Of a DNA stretch of 64,000 nt, positions 1-6,859 are shown piece after piece. The stretch comes from Kiritimatiellia bacterium (GTDB lineage Bacteria > Verrucomicrobiota > Kiritimatiellia > RFP12 > UBA1067). Both the position numbers and the translations under genes were made by a program. The notes beneath the pieces are model-generated. The model saw nothing but the letters and a program-made list of their open reading frames with translations, ran no database searches and was not told where the DNA came from. How positions within the stretch are numbered: position 1 is the stretch's first letter; every line of letters starts with the position of its first letter. The DNA lies in assembly GCA_017525475.1 (NCBI GenBank), contig JAFXST010000028.1, positions 11,656 through 75,655 of the forward strand, read 5' to 3'.

Positions 1-924
1 TTTGGCGGCTATTTTGGCGATGGCGGCATTGAGATCGAGGCAGGCGGCGCGGCTGATCTCGGCGGGGCTGTTGCCTTTGGCGATAATGGCGAGATGCCCC
101 GCCTCGATTGCCGGCATCAGAGCTACGCCGGGGCTGTAATCGTGCGGCAAGGCATAGGGCGATACTTTTATAATCTTGGTATCTTGGCGCTGGAGCAGCA
201 AGTCCAGGATTTGGCGCTCGCCAGGGCTGATAAAGCCGCTAAGCACGGTAATCTTGCCAAGTTGCGGCGCCAAATACTGCACCAAGGCCGCAAGTTGCTC
301 CTCGCTATTGTGCCGCGAAACTCGTAAGGCCACCAATGGGCGCTTGCTCGCTAGTAGCTCCACCGCGCCCACTCCGCGCCAATATTCGCCCGGCGTGAGA
401 CACCGCGCATTAAGCGGCTCCATCATACGCAACAATCCGCGGTTGTTGCGCAACTCCCATTTGAGCGGATTGTAGGCAATGTAGCGCTCTACCGCCTCGA
501 TTGCGCCGCGGTCCAGGCAGAGCCAATCGTGGTAGCCTTGCTGCCAAAGCGCACCCTCGCCGCCGATTTGCCAATAACAGCGGTTGATCCAGCTCTTGAA
601 CTTGCCCACGGCCGTATTCAGCGTGCGGATGGCCGCGCGGTGTTCAAGCCCGGGCTTGAGGTATAGCGACAAGTGCACATGATCGGGCATTACCACATGG
701 CCGTGCAAAACTAGCGCCTCGGCGTTGAATACGCGCTCCATGGAGGCAAGCGCCTTATGCCCAAGCGCCGATAGCGCCATAGCGCCATCTACTACCGCGC
801 CAAATACCTGGCGGCGCGGTTTGGTGGTTATGGTTATAAATAGCGCCGCGCCTCGGCTGTAGTCATAGCCGCCAAACCGCCGGTAATGCGCAATCTCGGA
901 CATAGTGAGAGTATTATAGCGCAT
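1..924 (-). CDS. Partial CDS running off the window start. The N-terminal ~165 aa is an IS200/RAYT-like HUH Y1 transposase domain; it is fused to a >=150 aa C-terminal extension of unknown function
   Basis: Reverse-strand frame is open from ATG at 922-924 to position 1 with no stop. It is absent from the ORF track because it has no in-window stop. HUH motif HGHVVMPDHVHLSLY and catalytic-Tyr motif YIAYNPLKW are seen in the translation. Confidence 0.5.
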   Translation of the reverse strand, partial: MRYNTLTMSEIAHYRRFGGYDYSRGAALFITITTKPRRQVFGAVVDGAMALSALGHKALASMERVFNAEALVLHGHVVMPDHVHLSLYLKPGLEHRAAIRTLNTAVGKFKSWINRCYWQIGGEGALWQQGYHDWLCLDRGAIEAVERYIAYNPLKWELRNNRGLLRMMEPLNARCLTPGEYWRGVGAVELLASKRPLVALRVSRHNSEEQLAALVQYLAPQLGKITVLSGFISPGERQILDLLLQRQDTKIIKVSPYALPHDYSPGVALMPAIEAGHLAIIAKGNSPAEISRAACLDLNAAIAKIAAK

Positions 925-1048
925 TTGCCGCCATATGTCAAGCGCAAAGTTGGACTTTTTAGCCAAAAAAGGAAACCGCCCTCGATCGAGGACGGTTTCT
1001 TTTGCGTTATGCCGTATGGCTTAGGCGCGCAGTGATCGCGTGCGATTG

Positions 1049-1675
1049 CTATTTACTCAACTTGTCGACAGGCGTTATGGTCTTGGCTCGTTGCACCAAT
1101 ACATATACATTAAACACCGCCATGGCAACAAAGAATACAATGCCGGCAATGCCAAATGCAACCATCCAACGACTTGGTGAAGTGAGCAATCCCGCCGCAC
1201 TATATATCGATCCCGCAACCGATAGCATCAGCGACATCAGCATCGAGTAGATATCGCGTTGTTCAGCGCGCCGGATGCGATCGATCTCCATATCGGAGGC
1301 CAAAGCATTCAACCTGTTCGACAATCTCTGCAAGGCCTTTACAAACGGAGTCAATGCCGCAGCCCTACGAATCAATGCAAGGCGCTCAGCAAACGACATC
1401 TCCTGCACCGCTTTGACATTGCGGAAAACCGGATAGAGTTCGCGGAACAAGGCCATATTGCCATCATAGTTGGGGACTAGCTGACGCAAAACATCAAGCG
1501 GACAATTCTTGGATTCGAATGTCCGAACTATCTCAAGCTGACTGTTGATTATTGCATCAAATGCATCAAACCAAGCGCGCCGGCAATGCGATACCACTTT
1601 GGCCTTTTCGCTATCAACATCGGTATCGGCACCAGGCGCCAACACCTTGAGCAGATGATTGCCGGCATAACGCAA
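1049..1675 (-). CDS. Hypothetical protein with two C-terminal TM helices. It has a TTG start and may be the 3' part of a frameshifted gene that continues into ORF 1794..2012
   Basis: 208-aa ORF. The only in-frame start is TTG and the first ATG is at codon 74. The frame stays open upstream to 1781, while the 72-aa ORF 1794..2012 ends at 1794 in another frame. The region is AT-rich. Confidence 0.35.
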   Translation of the reverse strand: MRYAGNHLLKVLAPGADTDVDSEKAKVVSHCRRAWFDAFDAIINSQLEIVRTFESKNCPLDVLRQLVPNYDGNMALFRELYPVFRNVKAVQEMSFAERLALIRRAAALTPFVKALQRLSNRLNALASDMEIDRIRRAEQRDIYSMLMSLMLSVAGSIYSAAGLLTSPSRWMVAFGIAGIVFFVAMAVFNVYVLVQRAKTITPVDKLSK

Positions 1676-1793
1676 CTGGTTGATAGCGGCGGTAGGAACT
1701 GCTCCCGATATGCGCTCGCAACGCTTGATCGCGTTGTTCAGCGCGCCGGAATTGCGCCTTAAGCTTGTAGAAATCCAAAGTCACGAGCTAAAG

Positions 1794-2012
1794 TCAAATC
1801 TTGTGGGACTGATCCTGATAGAGGACCATATCGCGGAATATTTCCCGCCCGGATGCCATAGCCTCGTTGCCCTGCGCGCCAAGACTGGTGGTTGAGGAAA
1901 CCGTCAGATATTGAATGGCATCGTCAGCAGAAGCATATTGTTCTATATCAGAATAACTACGCGACCTGAACGGCCGCATCAAAGCAACTAGTCGCTTAAC
2001 TATATTAATCAT
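1794..2012 (-). pseudogene. 72-aa ORF directly downstream of a consensus promoter. It is possibly the 5' part of a frameshifted gene continuing into 1049..1675
   Basis: The promoter at 2036-2070 points into it. A single frameshift near 1781-1796 would fuse it to the 208-aa ORF. Confidence 0.3.
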
Positions 2013-2035
2013 TAGATTAATCCGTAAGAACGCGC

Positions 2036-2070
2036 ATATTATACCATATTTTCGTCTCGTTTGTCAAGCG
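2036..2070 (-). promoter_or_regulatory. Sigma70-type promoter. -35 is TTGACA (2062-2067), spacer 18 nt, extended -10 is TGGTATAAT (2038-2046)
   Basis: Reverse complement reads cgcTTGACAaacgagacgaaaataTGGTATAATatg. It belongs to a family of 8 near-identical promoters in this window. Confidence 0.6.
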
Positions 2071-2115
2071 GAATCTGAGGATTTTGCGCATTTTTAGCCT
2101 TTGCTGGTGGCTTAA

Positions 2116-2165
2116 GTGCGACTGTGTTCGCAATCGAGAGCGAGAACATCGTGGGGTACCAGCAG
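2116..2165. repeat. Left arm of a 50-bp inverted repeat (47/50 identical to 5024-5073). It lies at the 5' end of the start-less secreted-protein gene copy
   Basis: gtgcgactgtgttcgcaatcgagagcgagaacatcgtggggtaccagcag matches the reverse complement of 5024-5073. Weaker similarity extends about 60 bp further. Confidence 0.8.
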
Positions 2166-2915
2166 GTGTCTGTTCCTAATGGCTTCTCGCTCTTTACCGC
2201 CACCTTCAAGAATATTGGCGACACCAAAACTTTTGATTTGAATTCGCTTCGTCCTACCGATCCCAACGGCAATGTTATTTCCTTGTCGGATGGCACCATC
2301 TATGTCTGCGTGCTTGACAGCTCTGGCAATTATGGTGAAAACATCAAGTGGCGTGGCAAGACCCTTGGCGGGTGGTCTAAAGATGGCACCACCATCATTG
2401 CCAACGGGGAAGTCACTATTGGTGAAGGCGTTGGTATCGCGGTCTATAATAACATCAAGGTAGACGGCGACGGCAACGAAACCACCAAAAAGACCGGTGT
2501 CGCGGCGCCAGCTAAGTTCCAAGTAAGCGGAGAAGTTGATCTTGTTTGCAAGAACTTGGCTGCTCCTGGCTTCTCGATTAGTGGCAATTCCACCCCCTCG
2601 ACCATCGATTTGACCGCTGTCAGGCCTACCGATCTTAATGGTAAAGTGCTTAACCTTTCTGATGGTACAGTTTACATTTGCCTTTTGGATACTGTTGGCA
2701 ATTATGGAGAAAACATCAAGTGGCGCGGCAAGACCCTCGGCGGTTGGTCGGTTGATGGTACTAATCTGATTTCTCAAGGTGACTATGTTATCGCTGCCGG
2801 CTCTGGCTTCGCGATATATAACAATGTCAAGGCCGATTCGGATGGAAATGAATCTACGGCCAAGAAGGCAACGGCAACGAGCATCTATCTGAGCCTGCCT
2901 CCGCCTGTGCAATAA
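2124..2915 (+). CDS. Paralog (A') of the secreted internal-repeat protein 4302..5093. It lacks an ATG and a signal peptide, so it is either a silent cassette copy or starts at GTG
   Basis: Translation IESENIVGYQQVSVPNGFS... is near-identical to mature A for its first 30 aa. The upstream in-frame sequence GFCAFLAFAGGLSATVFA is a degenerate signal peptide with no start codon, and there is a stop at 2076. It carries two internal repeats (..NYGENIKWRGKTLGGWS..) and is one of only two plus-strand genes in the window. Confidence 0.5.
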   Translation: MFAIESENIVGYQQVSVPNGFSLFTATFKNIGDTKTFDLNSLRPTDPNGNVISLSDGTIYVCVLDSSGNYGENIKWRGKTLGGWSKDGTTIIANGEVTIGEGVGIAVYNNIKVDGDGNETTKKTGVAAPAKFQVSGEVDLVCKNLAAPGFSISGNSTPSTIDLTAVRPTDLNGKVLNLSDGTVYICLLDTVGNYGENIKWRGKTLGGWSVDGTNLISQGDYVIAAGSGFAIYNNVKADSDGNESTAKKATATSIYLSLPPPVQ

Positions 2916-2961
2916 TTTTGTGCGGCAAGGGGTCGCACGAACAAACAAACAAAGGAAAACA

Positions 2962-3543
2962 ATGAAAAAACTGATAATTGGTGCAGCAATTTGTTGCGCA
3001 TCGCTGTTCGGATTTTCCGCAACAGTTAACTGGCCATCGGCCGGCATTCAGACGACTGGTGACTTTGATTCGGGCGAAGGCGATTATGCTGCCGGGTATG
3101 CCGTATATCTGTTCAATAATGCCGGCTCCTACACTCAGGCCCAGATGCTGTCGCTCATCACGGCTGGCACAGGCTGGGAAATCGCTTTTGCTAACGAAAC
3201 AAAAGCCTATCTTGGTTCTGCAGTAGCGGATGCTGATGGCGCGTTCAGCCCTGCAGTCGATGCTACTGTTGCGGATGGCGACTTCTCGGGCTACCTCGTA
3301 ATCTTCGACGCGGATAGCTATGATAAGGCAACTTATGCTTTCGTGTCCGAGACATACAATGCATCCGACAACTCCATGCATAAGATGTCGCTCGAGTACG
3401 ATGGCAAGACTTGGGTAAATGCGCTTGATTACAGCACTGCCGGTCAGGCTGGCTCCAATTGGCATGCCATTCCGGAGCCGACTTCGGGACTGCTGTTGCT
3501 CGTTGGCGGTGCGCTGCTCGCGCTCAAGCGTCGTCGCGCCTAA
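2962..3543 (+). CDS. PEP-CTERM sorting-domain protein (B')
   Basis: MKKLIIGAAICCASLFGFSATVNW is a signal peptide. The C-terminus IPEPTSGLLLLVGGALLALKRRRA has the PEP motif, a TM helix and an Arg cluster. It shares the start context caaaggaaaacaATGAAAAAACT with genes at 4254 and 5093. Confidence 0.75.
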   Translation: MKKLIIGAAICCASLFGFSATVNWPSAGIQTTGDFDSGEGDYAAGYAVYLFNNAGSYTQAQMLSLITAGTGWEIAFANETKAYLGSAVADADGAFSPAVDATVADGDFSGYLVIFDADSYDKATYAFVSETYNASDNSMHKMSLEYDGKTWVNALDYSTAGQAGSNWHAIPEPTSGLLLLVGGALLALKRRRA

Positions 3544-3666
3544 GCCATACGGCATAACGCAAAAGAAACCGTCCTCAATCGAGGGCGGTTTTCTTTTGTC
3601 TATAAACCATGAGACTGCCCCAATCGGGACAGTCTCACGAGTTAGACTATTATAGTCTCGATACGC

Positions 3667-4254
3667 TTAGGCCAAGCGACGGCGACGGAGAGCCAGCAAG
3701 GCACCGCCTACGACGAGCAACAGCCCGCTCGTAGGTTCAGGAATCGGCTCCGGACCAGAACCCGAAGAGATCGTCGACCAATCGGAAACAAGACCGGTGT
3801 AGAGGTCGCCAGCATCGCCAAAGAAGGCTCCGCCTGCAATAACAGAATCGGATACCTTTACCTGCCCGAGGGATGCGATAGTAAACGCAGAACCGTCATC
3901 TACTGACGAATCGACGAGTACTAGCATGAGACTTGCATATGCGGGACTGGCCGTGTCATCATACGACAAGCCAGCGCCAGAAAACGCCAACTCGCCATCA
4001 GCCGTGACTACACCAGCGGTAGCGTTGAGTGCAGAACCGAGCACGGTAGTTCCGGTAGTAGTAAGTGCTTCTTGCAACGCAAGTTGCGTATAAGCGCTAC
4101 CATCAAACGCATAGCCACAATAGCCAACGAGAGTGGAGTCCGCATCGCCATCAGTTTCGGTTACCAAACCGAGCGACACATTCCAGTTTACAGTTGCAGC
4201 ATTCAGGCCAATTGCCGCCAAGGCAACCGCGAACGCCATCATGAGTTTTTTCAT
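3667..4254 (-). CDS. PEP-CTERM sorting-domain protein (B), paralog of 2962..3543
   Basis: MKKLMMAFAVALAAIGLNAATVNW is a signal peptide. The C-terminus PEPIPEPTSGLLLVVGGALLALRRRRLA is a PEP-CTERM signal. Confidence 0.75.
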   Translation of the reverse strand: MKKLMMAFAVALAAIGLNAATVNWNVSLGLVTETDGDADSTLVGYCGYAFDGSAYTQLALQEALTTTGTTVLGSALNATAGVVTADGELAFSGAGLSYDDTASPAYASLMLVLVDSSVDDGSAFTIASLGQVKVSDSVIAGGAFFGDAGDLYTGLVSDWSTISSGSGPEPIPEPTSGLLLVVGGALLALRRRRLA

Positions 4255-4301
4255 TTGTTTTCCTTTGTTATGCACCTAACACCACGCTAGGCACTTAAAT
4301 C

Positions 4302-5093
4302 TTAGAGTTCCGGAGCCGGGAGGATAATCTGGGCGCCGTTGGCATTGCCGCAGTATACGATGAAGCCTTCGCCAGCATCAAACTGAACCGCATCACCTTC
4401 AATCAGAGTGTCACCATCGTACCAACCAGCCGGAGTCTTGGTGGAATAGTACTTGTACTGAGTACCATAAGTACCTTCTGAATCAACCTTGCGAACAATC
4501 ACGGCACCAGCGCTCTTCGTGGTGCCAGAGCCCGAGGTTTTCCACTCGCTACCATCGTACTGCTTGCAAGCAATAGCAGAAAGATTAATGGCAACAGGCG
4601 AGGCATTGCCAGAGAACGAATAGCCTTTGGGTACGAACTTGCCGGCAGGAACAAGACGAACCGAACCAGAAACCTGGAGAACTGCGCCATTGGCGTTGCC
4701 GCAATAAACAATCATACCCTCGCCAGACTCAAACTTAACTGCGTCGCCAGTAATCTGAGTATCACCATCGTACCAACCAACCGGGGTCTTAGTGGAATAG
4801 TATTTATACTGAGTTCCATAGGTGCCTTCAGTGTCGACCTTACGAACAATTACCGCACCAGCGCTCTTCGTAGTGCCAGAGCCCGAGGTTTTCCACTCAG
4901 AGCCATTCGACTGCTTGCAACCAATCTCGCTCAAGTTGAAATCGGTGGCGGTAATGTTCTCAAAGGTGGCGGTGAAGAAGGAGTAGCCCTTGGGGATGGA
5001 GATCTGCTGATAGCCCACGATGTTTTCGCTCTCGATTGCGAACACAGTCGCACAGAGTGCGCTCATGGCAGCTGCGCAAATAAGTTTTTTCAT
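4302..5093 (-). CDS. Secreted protein (A) of unknown function carrying a recent internal tandem duplication. It is the expressed copy of the mirrored cassette
   Basis: Signal peptide is MKKLICAAAMSALCATVFA. Two ~80-aa segments are nearly identical (DGSEWKTSGSGTTKSAGAVIVRKVD.EGTYGTQYKYYSTKTP.GWYDGDT). A consensus promoter sits 95 nt upstream. Confidence 0.7.
   Translation of the reverse strand: MKKLICAAAMSALCATVFAIESENIVGYQQISIPKGYSFFTATFENITATDFNLSEIGCKQSNGSEWKTSGSGTTKSAGAVIVRKVDTEGTYGTQYKYYSTKTPVGWYDGDTQITGDAVKFESGEGMIVYCGNANGAVLQVSGSVRLVPAGKFVPKGYSFSGNASPVAINLSAIACKQYDGSEWKTSGSGTTKSAGAVIVRKVDSEGTYGTQYKYYSTKTPAGWYDGDTLIEGDAVQFDAGEGFIVYCGNANGAQIILPAPEL
4328..4943. repeat. Intragenic tandem duplication. 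Copies at about 4328-4568 and 4703-4943 have a ~375-bp period and >90% DNA identity
   Basis: The shared segment gcaccagcgctcttcgt.gtgccagagcccgaggttttccactc is seen around 4510-4555 and 4860-4905. Confidence 0.7.
5024..5073. repeat. Right arm of the 50-bp inverted repeat, inside the 5' coding region of gene A just after its signal peptide
   Basis: Its reverse complement gtgcgactgtgttcgcaatcgagagcgaaaacatcgtgggctatcagcag matches 2116-2165. Confidence 0.8.
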
Positions 5094-5191
5094 AGTTGTT
5101 TTCCTTTGTTTTTACCCTTGGTCGGTAGAACCGCATGCGATCACCTGCCGCAAGTCATGCCTACTATTCCTTAGGATGAGAGTATTATACC

Positions 5192-5226
5192 ATATTGAGG
5201 GCTTGTTTGTCAATAGGGTTTTTCAG
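5192..5226 (-). promoter_or_regulatory. Sigma70-type promoter. -35 TTGACA (5218-5223), spacer 18 nt, extended -10 TGGTATAAT
   Basis: Reverse complement reads ccctaTTGACAaacaagccctcaataTGGTATAATactc. It drives gene A (start 5093). Confidence 0.6.
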
Positions 5227-5474
5227 GTTTTTTGACGAACATACTGGCCCCAGTCGCCGCGAAGAAGCCCGGCAAACGAAAGGTCTTCGTCGATATCGGG
5301 CCAGTGCAAGCCATCCTCATCCACTTCGATATGGACGAGTTGCTCCGGCGTTGCTCGTTCAAGCCGCCAGTTACCGGCAATGGGGAAAGAGAAAGACACG
5401 TCATTGGGCAGGCGGACATTAAAGCGCGAATCGGCAAACGACACGGCCGCCTTGTCTTCAGTCAAAGTATTCAT
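5223..5474 (-). CDS. DUF2442-family small protein, the second gene of a DUF4160/DUF2442 pair
   Basis: 83 aa. ..NDVSFSFPIAGNWRLERATPEQL..DEDGLHWPDIDEDLSFAGLL.. is typical of DUF2442. It overlaps the upstream DUF4160 gene by 17 nt. Confidence 0.6.
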   Translation of the reverse strand: MNTLTEDKAAVSFADSRFNVRLPNDVSFSFPIAGNWRLERATPEQLVHIEVDEDGLHWPDIDEDLSFAGLLRGDWGQYVRQKT

Positions 5475-5691
5475 GCCATTTCCTCCTTATGGTTTCGATG
5501 TTTTCCTCCGCGAGGTCTTGCGCCTTGCGGAGCTCCTGCACTTTCATGCCTTTCGACTCCAACAGTTGCACGTCGTTCGAGACATCGAACTTAGCCTTGC
5601 CAGACCCCGTCTTGACGTGAACGTGTATCGGTTCATGTTCGTTGGAAAAGAAATAAAAATTATAACCATCCTTGGTAAATACGTTTGGCAT
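5458..5691 (-). CDS. DUF4160-family small protein, the first gene of a DUF4160/DUF2442 pair
   Basis: 77 aa. The conserved motif is NEHEPIHVHV. A consensus promoter lies 20 nt upstream. Confidence 0.6.
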   Translation of the reverse strand: MPNVFTKDGYNFYFFSNEHEPIHVHVKTGSGKAKFDVSNDVQLLESKGMKVQELRKAQDLAEENIETIRRKWHEYFD

Positions 5692-5715
5692 TGTATTCCT
5701 TTCGCTTACTGCCGG

Positions 5716-5750
5716 ATATTATACCATATTTCCGTCTTACTTGTCAAGCG
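5716..5750 (-). promoter_or_regulatory. Sigma70-type promoter. -35 TTGACA (5742-5747), spacer 18 nt, extended -10 TGGTATAAT
   Basis: Reverse complement reads cgcTTGACAagtaagacggaaataTGGTATAATatcc. Confidence 0.6.
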
Positions 5751-5782
5751 TTTTTAGTAAATATTGGGGAACTAGGCACACA

Positions 5783-5814
5783 CCCTTCCGTGCCTTCCGT
5801 GTATTCCGTGGTTA
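5783..5814. repeat. Left copy of a ~32-bp direct repeat holding three TTCCGTG heptamers at 9-bp spacing. Its partner is at 6056-6087
   Basis: cccttccgtgccttccgtgtattccgtggtta compared with cccttccgtgaattccgtgtattccgtggtta. Confidence 0.7.
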
Positions 5815-5850
5815 AATAACGAAAGTGCCTGGCGGGCATCGTGGTGGACA

Positions 5851-6031
5851 CATCTCAACGGTGACACCTTTTGACCAATACGGTGTCACCTTTTCATCAA
5901 AACGGTGTCACCTTTTGACCAAAACGGTGTCACCTTTTCATCCAAACGGTGACACCTTTTGCATCAAACGGTGTCACCTTTTGTATCAAACGGTGTCACC
6001 TTTTATATCGAAAGGTGTCACCGTTGAGATG
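5851..6031. repeat. About 180-bp element. Eight tandem 22-23-bp units (ACGGTGTCACCTTTT plus 7-8 variable nt, dyad core GGTG(T/A)CACC) are bounded by perfect 18-bp terminal inverted repeats CATCTCAACGGTGACACC
   Basis: Direct reading of 5851-6031 shows this. The units carry no unique spacers, so it is not CRISPR-like. Plus-strand ORFs 5825..6130 and 5949..6239 are just translations of the repeat. Confidence 0.75.
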
Positions 6032-6055
6032 CATCTACCACGAGACAAGGATAGC

Positions 6056-6087
6056 CCCTTCCGTGAATTCCGTGTATTCCGTGGTTA
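6056..6087. repeat. Right copy of the ~32-bp TTCCGTG-triplet direct repeat
   Basis: It matches 5783-5814 with 2 mismatches. Confidence 0.7.
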
Positions 6088-6093
6088 TATTAG

Positions 6094-6145
6094 AGGGAAC
6101 AGGGAAGAGGGAACAGGGAAGAGGGAATAGGGAACAGGGAAGAGG
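6094..6145. repeat. Tandem heptamer repeats GGGAACA/GGGAAGA. On the transcribed minus strand they read CCCUCUU/CCCUGUU, which is C-rich and G-poor. They lie directly 3' of the stop of gene 6146..6859
   Basis: About 7 units abut stop codon 6146-6148. The composition resembles a rho-utilisation (rut) tract. Confidence 0.5.
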
Positions 6146-6859
6146 TCAGGGCTTGAAGCCCATGGGCGAGAGGATGGCGGCGGCGTCTTCAGGGGCGAGG
6201 GCGCCGCTTTGCACCCGGCCCAAGATCTGGGCGCGGTAGGTGCGCTCCATGGCTTGGCGTTCGTCGAGGAACGCGGCCAGGCGCTCGAGACCGTTGGACA
6301 TGGCCACATATTTGCGCGCTTCGTCCTTGATACCCACCAAAATGCGCTTTAGCTCCACGAGTTCGGCGGGATCGGCGGGGTCGAAGACGACTAGCGCCTT
6401 AAGCCCATCAACCGTAAGTTCGCTATCGGCCACCTCCAGCGTTTCGCCCGGCATGGCATAGCGCGCGAGGTAGCGATCGGTGGGGTTGGGGAGCAAGGAG
6501 GCCAAATCGAGCGCGCCCAAATCCACAAAGTGGCGAGGCGAGGCCGTACCCACGATGGCCGAGGCGACGAGAGCCTTTTCGGCGCGCTGCTTGAGCGCTT
6601 GAGGGGCGCGGGCCGAGGTGGCCCAAAGCGCCACGGCAACGCCCAAAGTAAGCGCCACCAACAAAAGGAGCCACATATCGCGCTTGCGCAGGCCCTTCAA
6701 ACCCAAGCGCACCACGGGCGCAATGCGCTCGGTTACGCGAATGGGGCGTATGCCTTGGCGGCGAAGCTCGGAGTAAGCCTCGTCTTTGCCGGGCGCGGAT
6801 ATGATACCCTCGTGCTTGAGCCCGGCGGAATCCTGGTAAGTATAGAGGAAAGTCCTCAC
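6146..6859 (-). CDS. Hypothetical membrane protein. Its N-terminal cytoplasmic domain resembles the GspF/PilC N-terminal domain and is followed by one TM helix
   Basis: MRTFLYTYQDSAGLKHEGIISAPGKDEAYSELRRQGIRPIRV follows the F-Y-x-D-x-G...L-R-x-x-G pattern of T2SS-F N-termini. The start forms an ATGA overlap with the upstream gene. Confidence 0.45.
   Translation of the reverse strand: MRTFLYTYQDSAGLKHEGIISAPGKDEAYSELRRQGIRPIRVTERIAPVVRLGLKGLRKRDMWLLLLVALTLGVAVALWATSARAPQALKQRAEKALVASAIVGTASPRHFVDLGALDLASLLPNPTDRYLARYAMPGETLEVADSELTVDGLKALVVFDPADPAELVELKRILVGIKDEARKYVAMSNGLERLAAFLDERQAMERTYRAQILGRVQSGALAPEDAAAILSPMGFKP

Noticed and set aside
5851-6031. Possible CRISPR array
   Set aside because: The 22-bp units are contiguous with only 7-8 variable nucleotides and no unique spacers, there are no cas genes, and the whole is bounded by terminal inverted repeats.
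5825-6239. Plus-strand ORFs 5825-6130 and 5949-6239
   Set aside because: They are translations of the 22-bp tandem array and heptamer repeats (periodic peptide GVTFSSKRCHLL...), not genes.
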